Shown here in pieces: positions 18,284 to 28,500 of a stretch of DNA of 64,000 nucleotides. Position 1 is the first letter of the stretch, and each line of letters starts with the position of its first letter. Location of the stretch: NCBI GenBank assembly GCA_965223705.1, contig OZ245015.1, positions 4,064,001 through 4,128,000 of the forward strand. Direction: 5' to 3'. Made by a program: the position numbers and the translations under genes. The notes beneath the pieces were generated by a model. That model searched no databases. It was given only the letters and a program-made list of their open reading frames with translations, and was not told where the DNA came from. The stretch is from Myxococcota bacterium. Lineage in GTDB: Bacteria > Myxococcota_A > UBA9160 > UBA6930.

Positions 18284-19306
18284 GTGCGTTTTGGATTCAT
18301 GGAGGACTTCCGCAACCCGGTGAAGTGGCGGCGCCCGTTTCCCGAATTCTATGAAGCGATTCTCGAGCAGATCACGCGCGCCGAAGCAGCGGGCTACGAC
18401 AATGTCTGGTTGACGGAACACCACTTCACCGAGGACGGCTACAACCCGGCGCTCCTCCCGACGGCGACTGCGATCGCGACCCGCACCCGCACGATCCGCA
18501 TCGGCACGTTCATCTTGTTGCTTCCCTATCAACACCCGGTGCGCTGCGCGGAAGACGTCGCCTGCGTCGACCTTTTCTCGAACGGCCGCTTCGATTTCGG
18601 TATCGGGCAGGGTTACTCATATCACGAGTGGAACGCGCTCTGTCTCGACCGCAGCGAACGCGGCGAACGCATGGCCGAAGGCATCGACATCATCAAGAAG
18701 CTCTTCACCGAAGATCGCGTGACCTACGACGGCAAGTTCACACGCATCAAAGACCTGACACTGTCACCGAAACCCGTTCAACAGCCGCATCCGCCGATCT
18801 GGATCGGCGCGCGGGGACCGAAAGCGATTCGTCGCGCCGCGAAGATGGGTTACCACCTGATGGGAACGATCGGTCCGGACCCGGCGCCTCCGTACCGCGA
18901 TGCGCTTCGAGACGAAGGGAGGAACCCCGACGCCTTCAACATCGCGCAGTTGCGGATGGTCTACACCGCGAAGTCCGACGACCAAGCGTGGGCCGACGTG
19001 CAAGACCATCTCTACCACCTGTTGACCTTTTACCAAGACATCCTGTCGGAAGCGAAGGATGCGGCCGGCGACGAGAAGCCCCTGCCCTTCGATTCACCGG
19101 AGGGCATCCGCGGTTCCGCCGCTAGCGCGGGCATGCTGATCGGCTCTCCGGATACGGTCGCCCGCGGGATGCAGGAATTCTGCGACAACTACGCGTGCAC
19201 GGACTTCATCATGGGTACGCAGTTTCCGGGACTCGATCCGGCGAAAGGCACAGCGGCGCTCGAGCTGTTCGCAAAAGAAGTGATGCCGAGTTTTCGGGAC
19301 GCGTAG
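18284..19306 (+). CDS. LLM-class flavin-dependent oxidoreductase
   Basis: GTG after AAAGGAG; WLTEHHF, HPVRCAED, SNGRFDFGIG, PKPVQQPHPPIW. Confidence 0.92.
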   Translation: MRFGFMEDFRNPVKWRRPFPEFYEAILEQITRAEAAGYDNVWLTEHHFTEDGYNPALLPTATAIATRTRTIRIGTFILLLPYQHPVRCAEDVACVDLFSNGRFDFGIGQGYSYHEWNALCLDRSERGERMAEGIDIIKKLFTEDRVTYDGKFTRIKDLTLSPKPVQQPHPPIWIGARGPKAIRRAAKMGYHLMGTIGPDPAPPYRDALRDEGRNPDAFNIAQLRMVYTAKSDDQAWADVQDHLYHLLTFYQDILSEAKDAAGDEKPLPFDSPEGIRGSAASAGMLIGSPDTVARGMQEFCDNYACTDFIMGTQFPGLDPAKGTAALELFAKEVMPSFRDA

Positions 19307-19315
19307 GGACGCAGC

Positions 19316-20878
19316 TCAGTCCTCGACGAAGCGGGGGTACAGCGCGTCGCCCTTCGCGAGCTCGGTACCGTCGGTCAGTCCGCCCCATGCACGCCACGCG
19401 GCGAAATCGCCGCGTCCGCGGTCGGCGAGTGCGCTCTCGTAGTCGAGACCACAGCGACGCCAGACCTCGGGCATCTTCGTAGTCAGCGCGGGCCAGAGGT
19501 AGAGGCTCGCGATGCGGTAGGCCTCTGCGCAGCGGTAGAGGATCTCCTCGACCTGGGCCTGATTCGCCGCCTCTTTGGCCAACTTGAACGGCTGCGTCTC
19601 TTGGATGTAGCCGTCGATCGCCTTCACGATATCGACACCTTGTTCGATGCGATCGAGCCCAAGCGCCTGGCTCGAGGCGCGCGACGTGATCGCGTCGATC
19701 GCTTCGCCGAGGCCGGCTCCATCGACGCGCCTCGGAAGCCGCCCTTCGCAGTAGCGGCCCGTCATGTTCGCGATGCGACTCCAAGAGTTGCCAACCGTGT
19801 TCGCCAGCTCGGCGTTGTAGACCTCGACGAAACGCGCGCGGGCGAAGTCGCTGTCGACGGTCTCGATCGGTCCTTGGGTCGCCAGGTAGAAGCGCAGCGC
19901 GTCGAGCCCGAACGTGTCGCGATAGTCGTGTAACTGTTCGAGATCGACGAAGTTGCCGAGGGACTTACTCATCTTCTGGCCTTCGCTGATCCAGAAGCTG
20001 TGCGAGTAGATCATGCCCGGCACATCCAACCATTCATTGCCCGCGACTTTTTGGACGGCCATCAGGACGGCCGGCCAAATCACCGAGTGGAACCAGAGAA
20101 TGTCCTTCGCGATCAGGTGGATGTCGGCAGGCCAGCGAAACCGACGTTCGTCGGTGGCGACCGCCGACGCGTAGTTCAGCAACGCGTCGATCCAGACATA
20201 GATCAAATGATCCGGGTGGCCGGGGAAATGCACGCCCCAATCGCCGCCCCCGGTCCGCGAAATCGGGACGTCGGCGAGGCCCTCTTTGATGCGCGAGATC
20301 ATTTCATTCTGGCGCGCCTCGGGTCTCACGAAGGCCGGGGTCCGCGTGTGGAGCGCCAGCATCGGCTCGGCGTACGCGGACAGGCGAAAGAAGTAGTTCT
20401 CCTCGGTCCGTCGGACCAAAGGCTTTCGGGTCACCGGCGAGCAGTAGTCGTACTCTTTGGCCCGTGCTTCGGGGACGTACTCTTCCTGGCTGGCGTCGTA
20501 CCAACCCTCGTACTCCCCGAGATACACGTCGCCGCTCGCCACCAGGTCGGCAATGACTTTCTCGACAAACCCGATGTGACGCGGCTCCGACGTCCGGATG
20601 AAGTCGTCGTTCGCGATGCCGAATTCGGCAAACGTGTCGCGAAACGCTGCCGCGTTTTGGTCCGCCCAAGCGCGCGTCTCGAGGCCTCGCTCCGCCGCGG
20701 CATCGACCACCTTGGCGGCGTGCTCGTCCGTTCCGGTGAGGAAGAACACGTCCTCGCCGGCCAGGCGGCGGGTCCTCGCGACGATGTCGGCGATCGTCGT
20801 CGTGTAGATATGCCCGATATGCGGCCGATCGTTGACGTAGTAGATCGGCGTTGTGATGTAGAACGGATCGGCGCTCAT
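19316..20878 (-). CDS. metG: Methionine--tRNA ligase (short form, knuckle without Zn ligands)
   Basis: YITTPIYYVN, HIGH, TGTDEH, YVWIDAL, KMSKSLGN. Start at ATG 20878. Confidence 0.95.
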   Translation of the reverse strand: MSADPFYITTPIYYVNDRPHIGHIYTTTIADIVARTRRLAGEDVFFLTGTDEHAAKVVDAAAERGLETRAWADQNAAAFRDTFAEFGIANDDFIRTSEPRHIGFVEKVIADLVASGDVYLGEYEGWYDASQEEYVPEARAKEYDYCSPVTRKPLVRRTEENYFFRLSAYAEPMLALHTRTPAFVRPEARQNEMISRIKEGLADVPISRTGGGDWGVHFPGHPDHLIYVWIDALLNYASAVATDERRFRWPADIHLIAKDILWFHSVIWPAVLMAVQKVAGNEWLDVPGMIYSHSFWISEGQKMSKSLGNFVDLEQLHDYRDTFGLDALRFYLATQGPIETVDSDFARARFVEVYNAELANTVGNSWSRIANMTGRYCEGRLPRRVDGAGLGEAIDAITSRASSQALGLDRIEQGVDIVKAIDGYIQETQPFKLAKEAANQAQVEEILYRCAEAYRIASLYLWPALTTKMPEVWRRCGLDYESALADRGRGDFAAWRAWGGLTDGTELAKGDALYPRFVED

Positions 20879-20962
20879 GGTGCCCTCGGTGGGCGGAAGG
20901 TAGTGAAGCGCGAGCCGCGCACCAGAGCCGACGGCTCGCCCGCGCTCTGATACCCTCCCCCC

Positions 20963-21940
20963 ATGCGCCAACGACCGCGCCGAAACCGAGCCGATGCCAC
21001 CCGGCGCCGTTTGCTCCGGGAGACCGCCCTCTCTCCCTCAGATCTGGTGCTTCCGGTGTTCGTGCAGGAAGGCACCGATTCGGAGACGCCGATTCCCTCC
21101 ATGCCCGGCCACGCCCGGCTGTCGATCGACCGCCTGCTCCGAAAAGCCGATGAGGCCGCGCGCCTCGGCCTCTCCGGGCTCGCCCTGTTTCCCGCGATCC
21201 CCGACGAAGAGAAAGATTCTCGAGGCAGTGCCTCGACCAAGCCCGACGGGCTGCTGCCCCGGACCATCCGCGCCCTCAAGCGAGAGCACCCGGAGCTGCT
21301 GGTGATCACGGACGTAGCGCTCGATCCCTACTCGTCAGACGGTCACGACGGCGTGCTCGTCGACGGCCGCATCGACAACGACGCGACCCTCCCGATCCTC
21401 GCGGCGATGGCGGTCACCCAGGCGGAGGCCGGAGCCGACATCGTCGCTCCGTCCGACATGATGGACGGCCGGGTCGGCGTGATGAGAGATGCCCTCGACG
21501 AGGCCGGTTTCACGGATGTCGGGATCGGCAGCTACTGCGTCAAGTACGCGTCCGCTTTCTACGGGCCATTTCGCGACGCGCTCGACAGCGCACCTCGCGG
21601 TGGCGACAAGAAGACGTATCAGATGGATCCCGCCAACGCGCGCGAAGCGCTGCGCGAGCTCCGGCTCGACGAAGCCGAAGGCGCGGATTGGGTCATGGTC
21701 AAGCCCGGCCTGCCCTACGCCGACATCATTCGACTCGTGAGGGATCACACGCATCTTCCCGTCGCGGCGTATCACGTGAGCGGCGAGTACGCGATGCTGT
21801 GCGCGGCCGCCGAACGCGGGTGGATCGACTACGAGGCGTGCCTACTCGAAAGTCTGATGACCCTGCGTCGCGCGGGCGCAGACGTCATCTTCACGTACGG
21901 TGCGCTCGACGCCGCGGCCCGGCTCCACGACGAGTCCTAG
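20963..21940 (+). CDS. hemB: Porphobilinogen synthase, Asp-rich (Zn-independent) type
   Basis: DVALDPYSSDGHDG, APSDMMDGR, YGPFRDA, MVKP, VSGEY. Confidence 0.95.
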   Translation: MRQRPRRNRADATRRRLLRETALSPSDLVLPVFVQEGTDSETPIPSMPGHARLSIDRLLRKADEAARLGLSGLALFPAIPDEEKDSRGSASTKPDGLLPRTIRALKREHPELLVITDVALDPYSSDGHDGVLVDGRIDNDATLPILAAMAVTQAEAGADIVAPSDMMDGRVGVMRDALDEAGFTDVGIGSYCVKYASAFYGPFRDALDSAPRGGDKKTYQMDPANAREALRELRLDEAEGADWVMVKPGLPYADIIRLVRDHTHLPVAAYHVSGEYAMLCAAAERGWIDYEACLLESLMTLRRAGADVIFTYGALDAAARLHDES

Positions 21941-21947
21941 TCCCGCC

Positions 21948-22454
21948 TTGGCTTCTTCGTTCTCGCTTCGGTTGGGCAAAGAGGATTTCAAGTTCTCCGC
22001 CGCCCATTTCACGCTCTTCCCCGACGGCAGTGGCGAGCTCCTCCACGGCCACAACTACACCGTTCGTGTGGCCGTAGACGGCGACGAGCTCGACGAGGCC
22101 GGACTTCTGGTCGACATCGCCGCCCTCAAAAAACACGTTCGCGCGATGTGTGCACGCTACGACGAGCACACGTTGATCCCGACAGAAAGCCAGCTCCTGG
22201 GCGTCTCGGTTCTCAAGGGCCAAGTCGAGGTGCGGTTCGGCGATCGGCTCTACCGGCTGCCGGAACGCGACGTCGTCTTGCTGCCGCTGGTCAACTTAAC
22301 GATGGAGCTGCTCGCGGCGATGTTGTGGGAGGAGATCGCGACGACGCTTCGCGGCAGCCGCGCAACCGCGCTCGAGGTCGAAGTGGAAGAAACCTCCGGT
22401 CAGAGCTGCGCCTACCGCGCGTCTCTAGCCGTCGGGACCTCGGTCTCCCGATGA
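21948..22454 (+). CDS. 6-pyruvoyltetrahydropterin synthase family protein with PTPS-III motif
   Basis: FSAAHF...GELLHGHNY, VEET. Probable TTG start at 21948. Confidence 0.85.
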   Translation: MASSFSLRLGKEDFKFSAAHFTLFPDGSGELLHGHNYTVRVAVDGDELDEAGLLVDIAALKKHVRAMCARYDEHTLIPTESQLLGVSVLKGQVEVRFGDRLYRLPERDVVLLPLVNLTMELLAAMLWEEIATTLRGSRATALEVEVEETSGQSCAYRASLAVGTSVSR

Positions 22455-24112
22455 GCTGGCAACTCGCGCGGCGGAGCGATTTCCCCGGAGTTCGCGGACC
22501 GGTTGTCGTCTGCGTGATGGACGGTGTGGGCATCGGCCGGAGAGACGCGACGGACGCGGTCTACATGGCGCCGACACCCACCCTCGATTGGCTCGCTGCG
22601 CATGCTGCGGCCGGTCAGCTCGCCGCTCACGGAACCGCGGTCGGTATGCCCAGCGACGAGGACATGGGCAACAGCGAAGTCGGTCACAACGCGCTCGGCG
22701 CCGGGCGCGTTTTTCGGCAGGGCGCGAGCCTCGTGGCGGACGCCATCGCGTCCGGAGGCGTCTTCGACGGCGACGTTTGGCAGCGTCTCACAGAACGCGT
22801 CCGCGAAAGCGGCGAGCCGCTGCATTTCATCGGGCTCCTGTCCGATGGCAACGTGCACAGTCACATCGATCATCTCGTCGCGATGGTCCGCCGCTGCGAT
22901 GCCGAGGAAGTCCGCAAGATTCGGGTTCACGCGCTACTCGACGGCCGGGACGTGCCGGAGCAAAGCGCGCTCGGCTACGTCGACGCCTTGGAAGAGCTCC
23001 TCGAGACGATTTCGCGCAAGAGTGATCGGGACTACCGCGTCGCGTCCGGCGGCGGCCGTATGAACGTCACCATGGACCGCTACGAGGCGGATTGGTCGAT
23101 CGTCGAAACCGGTTGGAACGCGCACGTCCACGGTGAAGGCCGCCGCTTCCGGAGCGCGCGGGAGGCGATTTCGACGTTTCGGGACGAGTCTCCGGGGGTC
23201 GGTGATCAGTTTCTCCCCGCGTTCGTCGTCGAAGGTGACGATTGCGAGCCCGTCGGCCGGATCCGCGACGGTGCGTCGGTGGTCCTCTTCAACTTTCGCG
23301 GTGATCGCGCCATCGAGATCAGCCGCGCCTTCGACGACGAGGACTTTTCCGCGTTCTCCCGAGGAGCCCGACCCGATGTCGCCTTCGCGGGCATGATGGA
23401 ATACGACGGCGACACCCATGTCCCGCGGTCGTTCCTCGTCGCGCCGCCGGCGATCGATCGGACCCTCGGCGAATATCTCGCCCGGAACGGTCTGTCCCAG
23501 TTGGCGATCAGCGAAACCCAGAAGTTCGGGCACGTCACCTACTTTTGGAACGGCAACCGAAGCGGCGCCTTCGATCCGGATCTCGAGCGATACGTCGAGA
23601 TCCCGAGCGACCGCGTCCCCTTTGAACAACGCCCGTGGATGAAGGCGGCCGAGATCACCGATCGACTGATCGGCGAGCTTCGATCCGGCGGCTTCCGCCA
23701 CGCCCGCGTGAACTACGCGAACGGCGACATGGTCGGACATACCGGCCACTGCCAGGCCACGGTGGTTTCGGTGGCCGCGCTCGACCTGCAGCTCGGGCGT
23801 CTCCTTCCGGTCATTGAACAGCTCGAAGGCGCGCTGATCGTGACAGCCGACCACGGAAACGCGGACGAGATGTTTGAGATCGACGGGAAGACGGGCGAAG
23901 TGCGGCAGGACGCCGCGGGACGCGACCGACCCCGAACGAGCCACAGCCTGAACCCGGTCCCCTTCTACGTCTACGCCCCGGGACACCGCCTCGAGCTCAC
24001 CGAGACCCAGGGGCTCGGGCTGGCGAACGTCGCGGGCGCCACGCTCCACCTTCTGGGGTTCGACCCGCCCGAGGGATTCCATCCCTCCCCGTTGCAGGTC
24101 GCGCTACGGTAA
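22451..24112 (+). CDS. gpmI: 2,3-bisphosphoglycerate-independent phosphoglycerate mutase
   Basis: MDGVG, MGNSEVGH, SDGNVHSH, ETQKFGHVT, DMVGHTG, TADHGN. ATGA overlap with the upstream gene. Confidence 0.95.
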   Translation: MSWQLARRSDFPGVRGPVVVCVMDGVGIGRRDATDAVYMAPTPTLDWLAAHAAAGQLAAHGTAVGMPSDEDMGNSEVGHNALGAGRVFRQGASLVADAIASGGVFDGDVWQRLTERVRESGEPLHFIGLLSDGNVHSHIDHLVAMVRRCDAEEVRKIRVHALLDGRDVPEQSALGYVDALEELLETISRKSDRDYRVASGGGRMNVTMDRYEADWSIVETGWNAHVHGEGRRFRSAREAISTFRDESPGVGDQFLPAFVVEGDDCEPVGRIRDGASVVLFNFRGDRAIEISRAFDDEDFSAFSRGARPDVAFAGMMEYDGDTHVPRSFLVAPPAIDRTLGEYLARNGLSQLAISETQKFGHVTYFWNGNRSGAFDPDLERYVEIPSDRVPFEQRPWMKAAEITDRLIGELRSGGFRHARVNYANGDMVGHTGHCQATVVSVAALDLQLGRLLPVIEQLEGALIVTADHGNADEMFEIDGKTGEVRQDAAGRDRPRTSHSLNPVPFYVYAPGHRLELTETQGLGLANVAGATLHLLGFDPPEGFHPSPLQVALR

Positions 24113-24118
24113 AAGGCG

Positions 24119-25510
24119 ATGCAAGCCCCGACTCCCGTCCACCTGGTCTCCGGTTTTCTCGGCGCCGGTAAAACCACGACGATCCGCAGACTCCTCGAGA
24201 GAAACGGGGACGAGCAGATCGCGCTCATCGTGAACGATTTCGGAGAGGCCTCGTTTGACGAGGTCACGCTCAGCGAAGAGAAGCCCTTCGCGATCCAGAA
24301 CATCCCCGGTGGCTGTGTGTGCTGTACCGCGCCCGAAGGTTTTGTCGACGCGCTCGGAGCGGTCCTCGAGCAGGGGCCCGACCGACTCGTCATCGAGCCC
24401 ACCGGCCTCGCGCGTCCCCAAGACTTGATCGACACCATGCGGCGCTCGCCCCACGGATCGGCGATCGAGCTTCTACCGGTGATCGTCCTCGTCGACCCCC
24501 ACAATCTCGCGTCCCCGGACGAAACGACCCGAGCGCTCCTCCGCGAGCAAGCGGAAGCCGCGGACATCCTGCTGGCGAATCGCTGCGACCTCGCCACGCC
24601 CGAGGAGCTCGAGCGATTCGAGGCGTTCGCCGCTGAACTCTGGCCGGGACCCTTGGCGGTTCATCGCACCGAGTTTGGCGCCATCCCCCCGAGCGCGTGG
24701 GAATGGCCGGAGGGCGAAGGCGCTCGCGCCTCGCGCAGAGTCGAGATTTCCGAGGGGCACGACCACGCGCATCCCCACGAGCACGGCGATTCCACCAAAG
24801 GGTTCCGCGCCCGCTCGTGGCGCTGGCCGGCCGATGCGGTCTTCGCCTACCCGCGTCTACAGGAAGCGCTCGCCCGCGCGGTCGCCGGCGATTCGGGCAG
24901 ACGACTCGCCCGATTCAAGGGCATTTTTCGAACGCAAGAGGGAACGAGTCTCCTCGAAATTGCGGGGGACGTGCTGCACGACCGCTTGACCTCGTACCGC
25001 AGGGACAGCCGTGCGGACGCCATTCTGGTCGACGGTGACGACGCGAGCTTCGAGAAGATCGGCCAATGGCTCGAGGCCGCGCGGCTCTCCGACGATGAAC
25101 TGGCACTGCCCGCCGACCGCATCCAGATCGCGCCGGCTTCGGGAGAAGCCAAGCTCGTCGCCCGCGATACGTTGTCCGCACTGCCCGAAGGGCTCGACGA
25201 CGCGGCCTCGCTCTTCCCGAAACGCGCAGGCCAAGCGGCTTCCGTCGACGCGCTCTTCTCGTCGCTCGCACTTTCGGACCGGGGCCTCGCGGTCGTCGTC
25301 GCATCCGACGGATTCGCGAGCGAAGCCATTCCGGTTCGAGCGCTGCGGCGGGGCTACCTGCTCCATTCCCAGGAGGGCGAGCCGCTCCCCGCGAAACAAG
25401 GCGGGCCGTTTCGGCTTCTCATTCCCGATGGGACCGAGGGCGTGCCTTCCTCTTGTGCCAACGTGAAGGGCGTCGTGAAAATCGTGCTGCGGGAAGAGCC
25501 AGCGCCCTAG
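24119..25510 (+). CDS. COG0523/CobW-family G3E GTPase with C-terminal molybdopterin-oxidoreductase-like domain
   Basis: GFLGAGKTT, GGCVCC, IEPTG, NRCD, His-rich linker, RFKGIF; extra C-terminal ASDGF...GEPLP..QGGPFRLLIP...CANVKGV. Confidence 0.85.
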   Translation: MQAPTPVHLVSGFLGAGKTTTIRRLLERNGDEQIALIVNDFGEASFDEVTLSEEKPFAIQNIPGGCVCCTAPEGFVDALGAVLEQGPDRLVIEPTGLARPQDLIDTMRRSPHGSAIELLPVIVLVDPHNLASPDETTRALLREQAEAADILLANRCDLATPEELERFEAFAAELWPGPLAVHRTEFGAIPPSAWEWPEGEGARASRRVEISEGHDHAHPHEHGDSTKGFRARSWRWPADAVFAYPRLQEALARAVAGDSGRRLARFKGIFRTQEGTSLLEIAGDVLHDRLTSYRRDSRADAILVDGDDASFEKIGQWLEAARLSDDELALPADRIQIAPASGEAKLVARDTLSALPEGLDDAASLFPKRAGQAASVDALFSSLALSDRGLAVVVASDGFASEAIPVRALRRGYLLHSQEGEPLPAKQGGPFRLLIPDGTEGVPSSCANVKGVVKIVLREEPAP

Positions 25511-28500
25511 GCACCCGCTTCGGTCGGCGTCCCCAGCTTGTCGAGGAGGCGCTGCGCTTCTTCCCGGGCGTGCTCGATGCCGCGCTCTTTCACGCCCTCG
25601 TACCCGCGGATTCGATCGGGCAAGAGCGCAATATCTCGAACGGTGTTGTGATTCTCCGCGTCGAGGTGCGCCAAGACCTCGGTGATGAGGTTCCGATACC
25701 ACGCGCCGAGGGAGCGTTCGAGCCTGCGGTGTCGCGTAAAGCCGAAAACATCGAGAGGCGTGCCGCGAACCCAGCGCATTGCGTAGAGCGCGCGGAACAA
25801 ACCCGTCGCCCACTCGCCAAGGACGAGCTTTCGGTTGCAGCCCATGCGGCGGAGAAGCGGCGGATGGAGATGAACGTGGCGCGTGATTCGTCCCTCGAAC
25901 GATTCGGTGACGCTCTCGTAGAGCGGATCTTGCAGCCACAGGCGCGCCACCTCGTACTCGTCCTTGATGGCGAGGAGCTTGTAGTAGGACGTGGCGACGG
26001 CTTGCGCGAGCCCGGTGCGGCCGGCGGCTTGCGCTTCTTCGGCTTGGTCGACTTGTACGACGAAGCGGAGATAGGAGCGCGCCAAACTCTCCCCTTGAAA
26101 GAGGAGTAGTTCGCACAAGCGCGGCGCCAGGACCTCCTCGAGCTCGTCGGGAGCCGACGCGAGGAGCTCGTCGAAAACGCGTCGCTCCTTCGGTGCGTAG
26201 CGGTCGAGCCTCGCCTCGGCGACTGCCAATGCCCGCGGAGACGGGGGATTCTCCAGATCGGCGAACGCGGTCGGGTCGGCGACCGAGAGACGCCCCCAGC
26301 GGAACGCGCGCAAGTTGTCTTCGACCGCGACTCCGTTCGCCGCGATCGCGCGCTCGATCGATGCGGCGGTTACGGGGACGCAGCCCCGCTGATAGCCCGC
26401 GCCGAGCAGGAACACATTGCTCGTCGCGCTACCGCCGAGAAGGGCCTCACAAGCCGCTTCGGCGTCGACCCAGTAAGCGTCTTCGCTGCGGCAATGCGGG
26501 GCCAACTGCTCCTTCAGACCCTCGAGGCTCGGATACCGAGCGGTGACGTCCATGACCAGCTGGGCGGTCGTCGTGCGCGCCGTGTTGGCGACGACTCGCG
26601 TCCGATCCGGTGCGAAGCGCCGGAGGTTGTCCGGGGCCGCGGTCGCCAGCAAGTCGAAAGCCAGCACCGCGTCCGCTTCGCCGGCGACGATCTTCGGGCC
26701 GTGGCGAATGGGAGCGTTCGACACCACCAAGTTCGACAGGACGGCCCCGCCTTTTTGGGACAAACCGGTTTGATCGAGATGAGCCGCATGACGACCGTCG
26801 AGCAGCGCGGCCGTCACGAGCAGCGCGTCGACGGTCACGACACCGGTCCCGCCGATTCCGATCAGCATCGTCTTGTAGGGGCGGTCGAGGGCCGGGAGCG
26901 TCGGCTCGGGAATTTCTTCGGGCGGTACGCGGTCCGCTGCCCGCGCGACAGGGCGGGTGTCGTCGCCCCAGGTCACGGTCATGAAGGAAGGGCAGTCGCC
27001 TTGGAGACACGAGTAGTCGAGATTGCACGAGCTCTGGTGAATGGCCGTCTTGCGTCCGAGCGGCGTCTTTACGGGAACCACCGAGAGGCAATTCGACTTC
27101 GCGCCGCAATCGCCGCAGCCCTCGCACACGCTCTCGTTGATGTAGACCCGCTTGCGCGGCGTCTCCTGCAAGCCGCGTTTCCGCTCTCGTCGTTTCTCGG
27201 CGGCGCACTGCTGATCGAAGATGATCACGGTGACGCCGGGCACGTCTCGCAGCTCGCGCATCACGTCGTCGTAGTCGTCGCGCGGCCGAACCTGGATGCG
27301 TTGCCCCAAGTCACTGAGCGGATAGCGATCGAAATCCTGGGTGATCACGACGACGCGCCGAGCCCCCTGAATCTGGAGCTGCCGCGCCAAGGAGGTCGGC
27401 GTCCCGAGCCCGACGACATCCTGCCCGCCCGTCATGGCGACGGCTGCGTTGTAGAGGATCCGGAACGTGATGTTCACGTTTGCCGCGACGCACGCCTCGA
27501 ATGACTTGCTGGCCGAATGAGCGAACGTACCGTCACCGACGTTCTGAAAAATGTGTTCCTTTTCGGTAAACGGCGAGAGACCCATCCAGCACGCGCCCTC
27601 GCCGCCCATCTGCGGGAGCCACGCGACGCCGCGATCCATCCACGTAGCCATCGCGTGGCAGCCGATGCCGCCGCCCGCTTGATCGGAGCCCTCGGGCAGC
27701 TTGGTCGATGTGTTGTGCGGACAACCGCTGCAGAAATAGGGCGTCCGGGACATGACATCGCCGTAGGAGCGCTCGTCGACCGCGCGCAGGCGTTCCGTTC
27801 GTTCCCGCAGCGCGGGCCATCGCAACCGCTCCGCGAGAAAGTCCGCGAGCGCGACGGCGATGCCATCCGCCGAGAGCTCGCCGTGCGCGGCGAACAACAC
27901 GTTGTCTCGCGCGTCCCGCTTGCCGAAGACCAACGGGCGCGCCGACAAGTTGTAGAGGGCTTCGCGGATCTGTGTCTCGAGAAAACCCCGCTTGTCCTCG
28001 ACGACGACGATCTCCGCGAGTCCTGCGGCGAAAGCGCGCAGTGCCTGCTCTTCCAACGGTGCGATGAGGGCCGGCTTGTAGACGCGAATGCCGGCGCGGC
28101 GCAGATCCTCCTCGGACAAGCCGAGGAGATCCAAGGCGTGAACCAGGTCGTAGTAAGTCTTCCCCGCCGCGACCACCCCGATGCGGTCTTCCGGCGTGCT
28201 GACCATCACGCGATCGAGCTCGTTCTCCCGCGCGTAAGCGAGTGCCGCGGCGGTGCGCTCGTAGTAGATCTGGCGCTCCATCTCGACGCTAAAAGGCGGG
28301 AGCAGCCGGTGATCTTGCTGTTTGCGGAAGGGCCGGCCGTCGATCTCGAACCGGGGGATGCGGGGCGCTTGAGGCGGCGCGAGCGACACGGTGGCGCCCG
28401 CGTCGGCGACGTTCGTCACGATCTTGAGCGCACTCCACAAGCCGCTGTAGCGCGACATGCCGATGGCGTGCAGGCCGATGGAAAGGACTTCTTCGGGATT

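Noticed and set aside
20879..20962. Zur/Fur box in the metG/hemB divergent gap (also sought at 13577-13618)
   Set aside because: Both gaps are GC-rich with no convincing AT-rich palindrome.
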